Source: the human T2T-CHM13v2.0 reference genome, Homo sapiens. Taken from it: a DNA stretch of 64,000 bases. The notes under the pieces are model-generated. The model was not told the DNA's origin. It did not search any database and saw nothing but the letters and a program-made list of their open reading frames with translations. Shown in pieces: positions 63,481 through 64,000 of the stretch. The position numbers and the translations under genes are program-made. Within the stretch, counting starts at the first letter, position 1; each line of letters begins with the position of its first letter. Where the stretch lies: NCBI RefSeq assembly GCF_009914755.1, contig NC_060931.1; one strand, written 5' to 3'.

Positions 63481-63804
63481 TCTTTCTACCATACTGTCCT
63501 TCAAAAAAGAGAGCATCAGCTTATGTTTGAGCCGTACAAAGTCTCTATGCTATTCAGCCCTCTCAATTTTTTTACTTTGAACAATAAAGACTATTTTGGG
63601 GAAAACTAACACTGGCCTGAAAGGACTTCATACAGTGTAGCTTGGTTACTTACCTGGTAAGAAATCACTTGATAAACTTGGTTCCACCATATCTCCCTGC
63701 CCCCGCACAGAGGCAAAGAAATTTAGTACCAATTTGGTAATTATACATTGAAGTACAGCTTTCCAATGGCAATTATTGGATGTTTTCTTTAAAAGATCAT
63801 ACTG

Positions 63805-64000
63805 GGCCAGGCACAGCGGCTCACTCCTGTAATCCCAGCACTTTGGAGGCCGAGGAAGGCAGATCACGAGGTCAGAAGTTCAAGACCAGCCTGGGCCAAC
63901 ATGGTGAAACCCCATCTCTACTAAAAATACAAAAAATTAGCTGAGCATGGTGGCATGCACCTGTAATCCCAGCTACTTGGGAGGCTGAGGCAGAAGAATT
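63805..64000 (+). mobile_element. AluS, cut by window end
   Basis: Left arm, linker and start of right arm. Confidence 0.9.

Noticed and set aside
63647-63702. U1 snRNA pseudogene (tacttacctgg; rc ggcagggagata)
   Set aside because: The matches are only 11-12 nt, on opposite strands, and do not extend; better read as a splice-donor motif.

Overview
Primate genomic DNA, and the AluYb8 insertion points to human. The window is almost entirely intronic and dominated by transposable elements. The only convincing coding sequence is one 115-nt minus-strand exon (9443-9557). It encodes [38 protein letters not shown], which I recognise as the SAM-binding motif region of SAMTOR (BMT2/C7orf60), the S-adenosylmethionine sensor upstream of mTORC1; its neighbouring coding exons lie outside the window. 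The rest is a layered TE record: ancient L1M/L2/MIR, DNA transposons (MER2, MER44, MER82, MER119, MER1B, Charlie1, Tigger3/4), solo LTRs (MLT1, MLT2, MSTB, LTR47-like, MER52), a complete THE1C MaLR, several primate L1s (one full length) and about 20 Alus. Nearly all ORFs in the track are TE-derived or chance. I see no solid evidence for a new biological system. The best leads are regulatory or mechanistic: tandem CTCF motifs in a CpG-retaining patch of an old L1 5'UTR, a sense-oriented THE1C LTR with an intact splice donor, a candidate 80-nt poison exon next to an ISRE-bearing unique island, and inverted Alus around the coding exon. There are also several atypical insertion or rearrangement scars: an internally primed L1, a twin-primed L1, a duplication-plus-deletion at an L1 3' end, and micro-inversions. 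TE subfamily names are from recalled consensus sequences, and boundaries of old elements are approximate.
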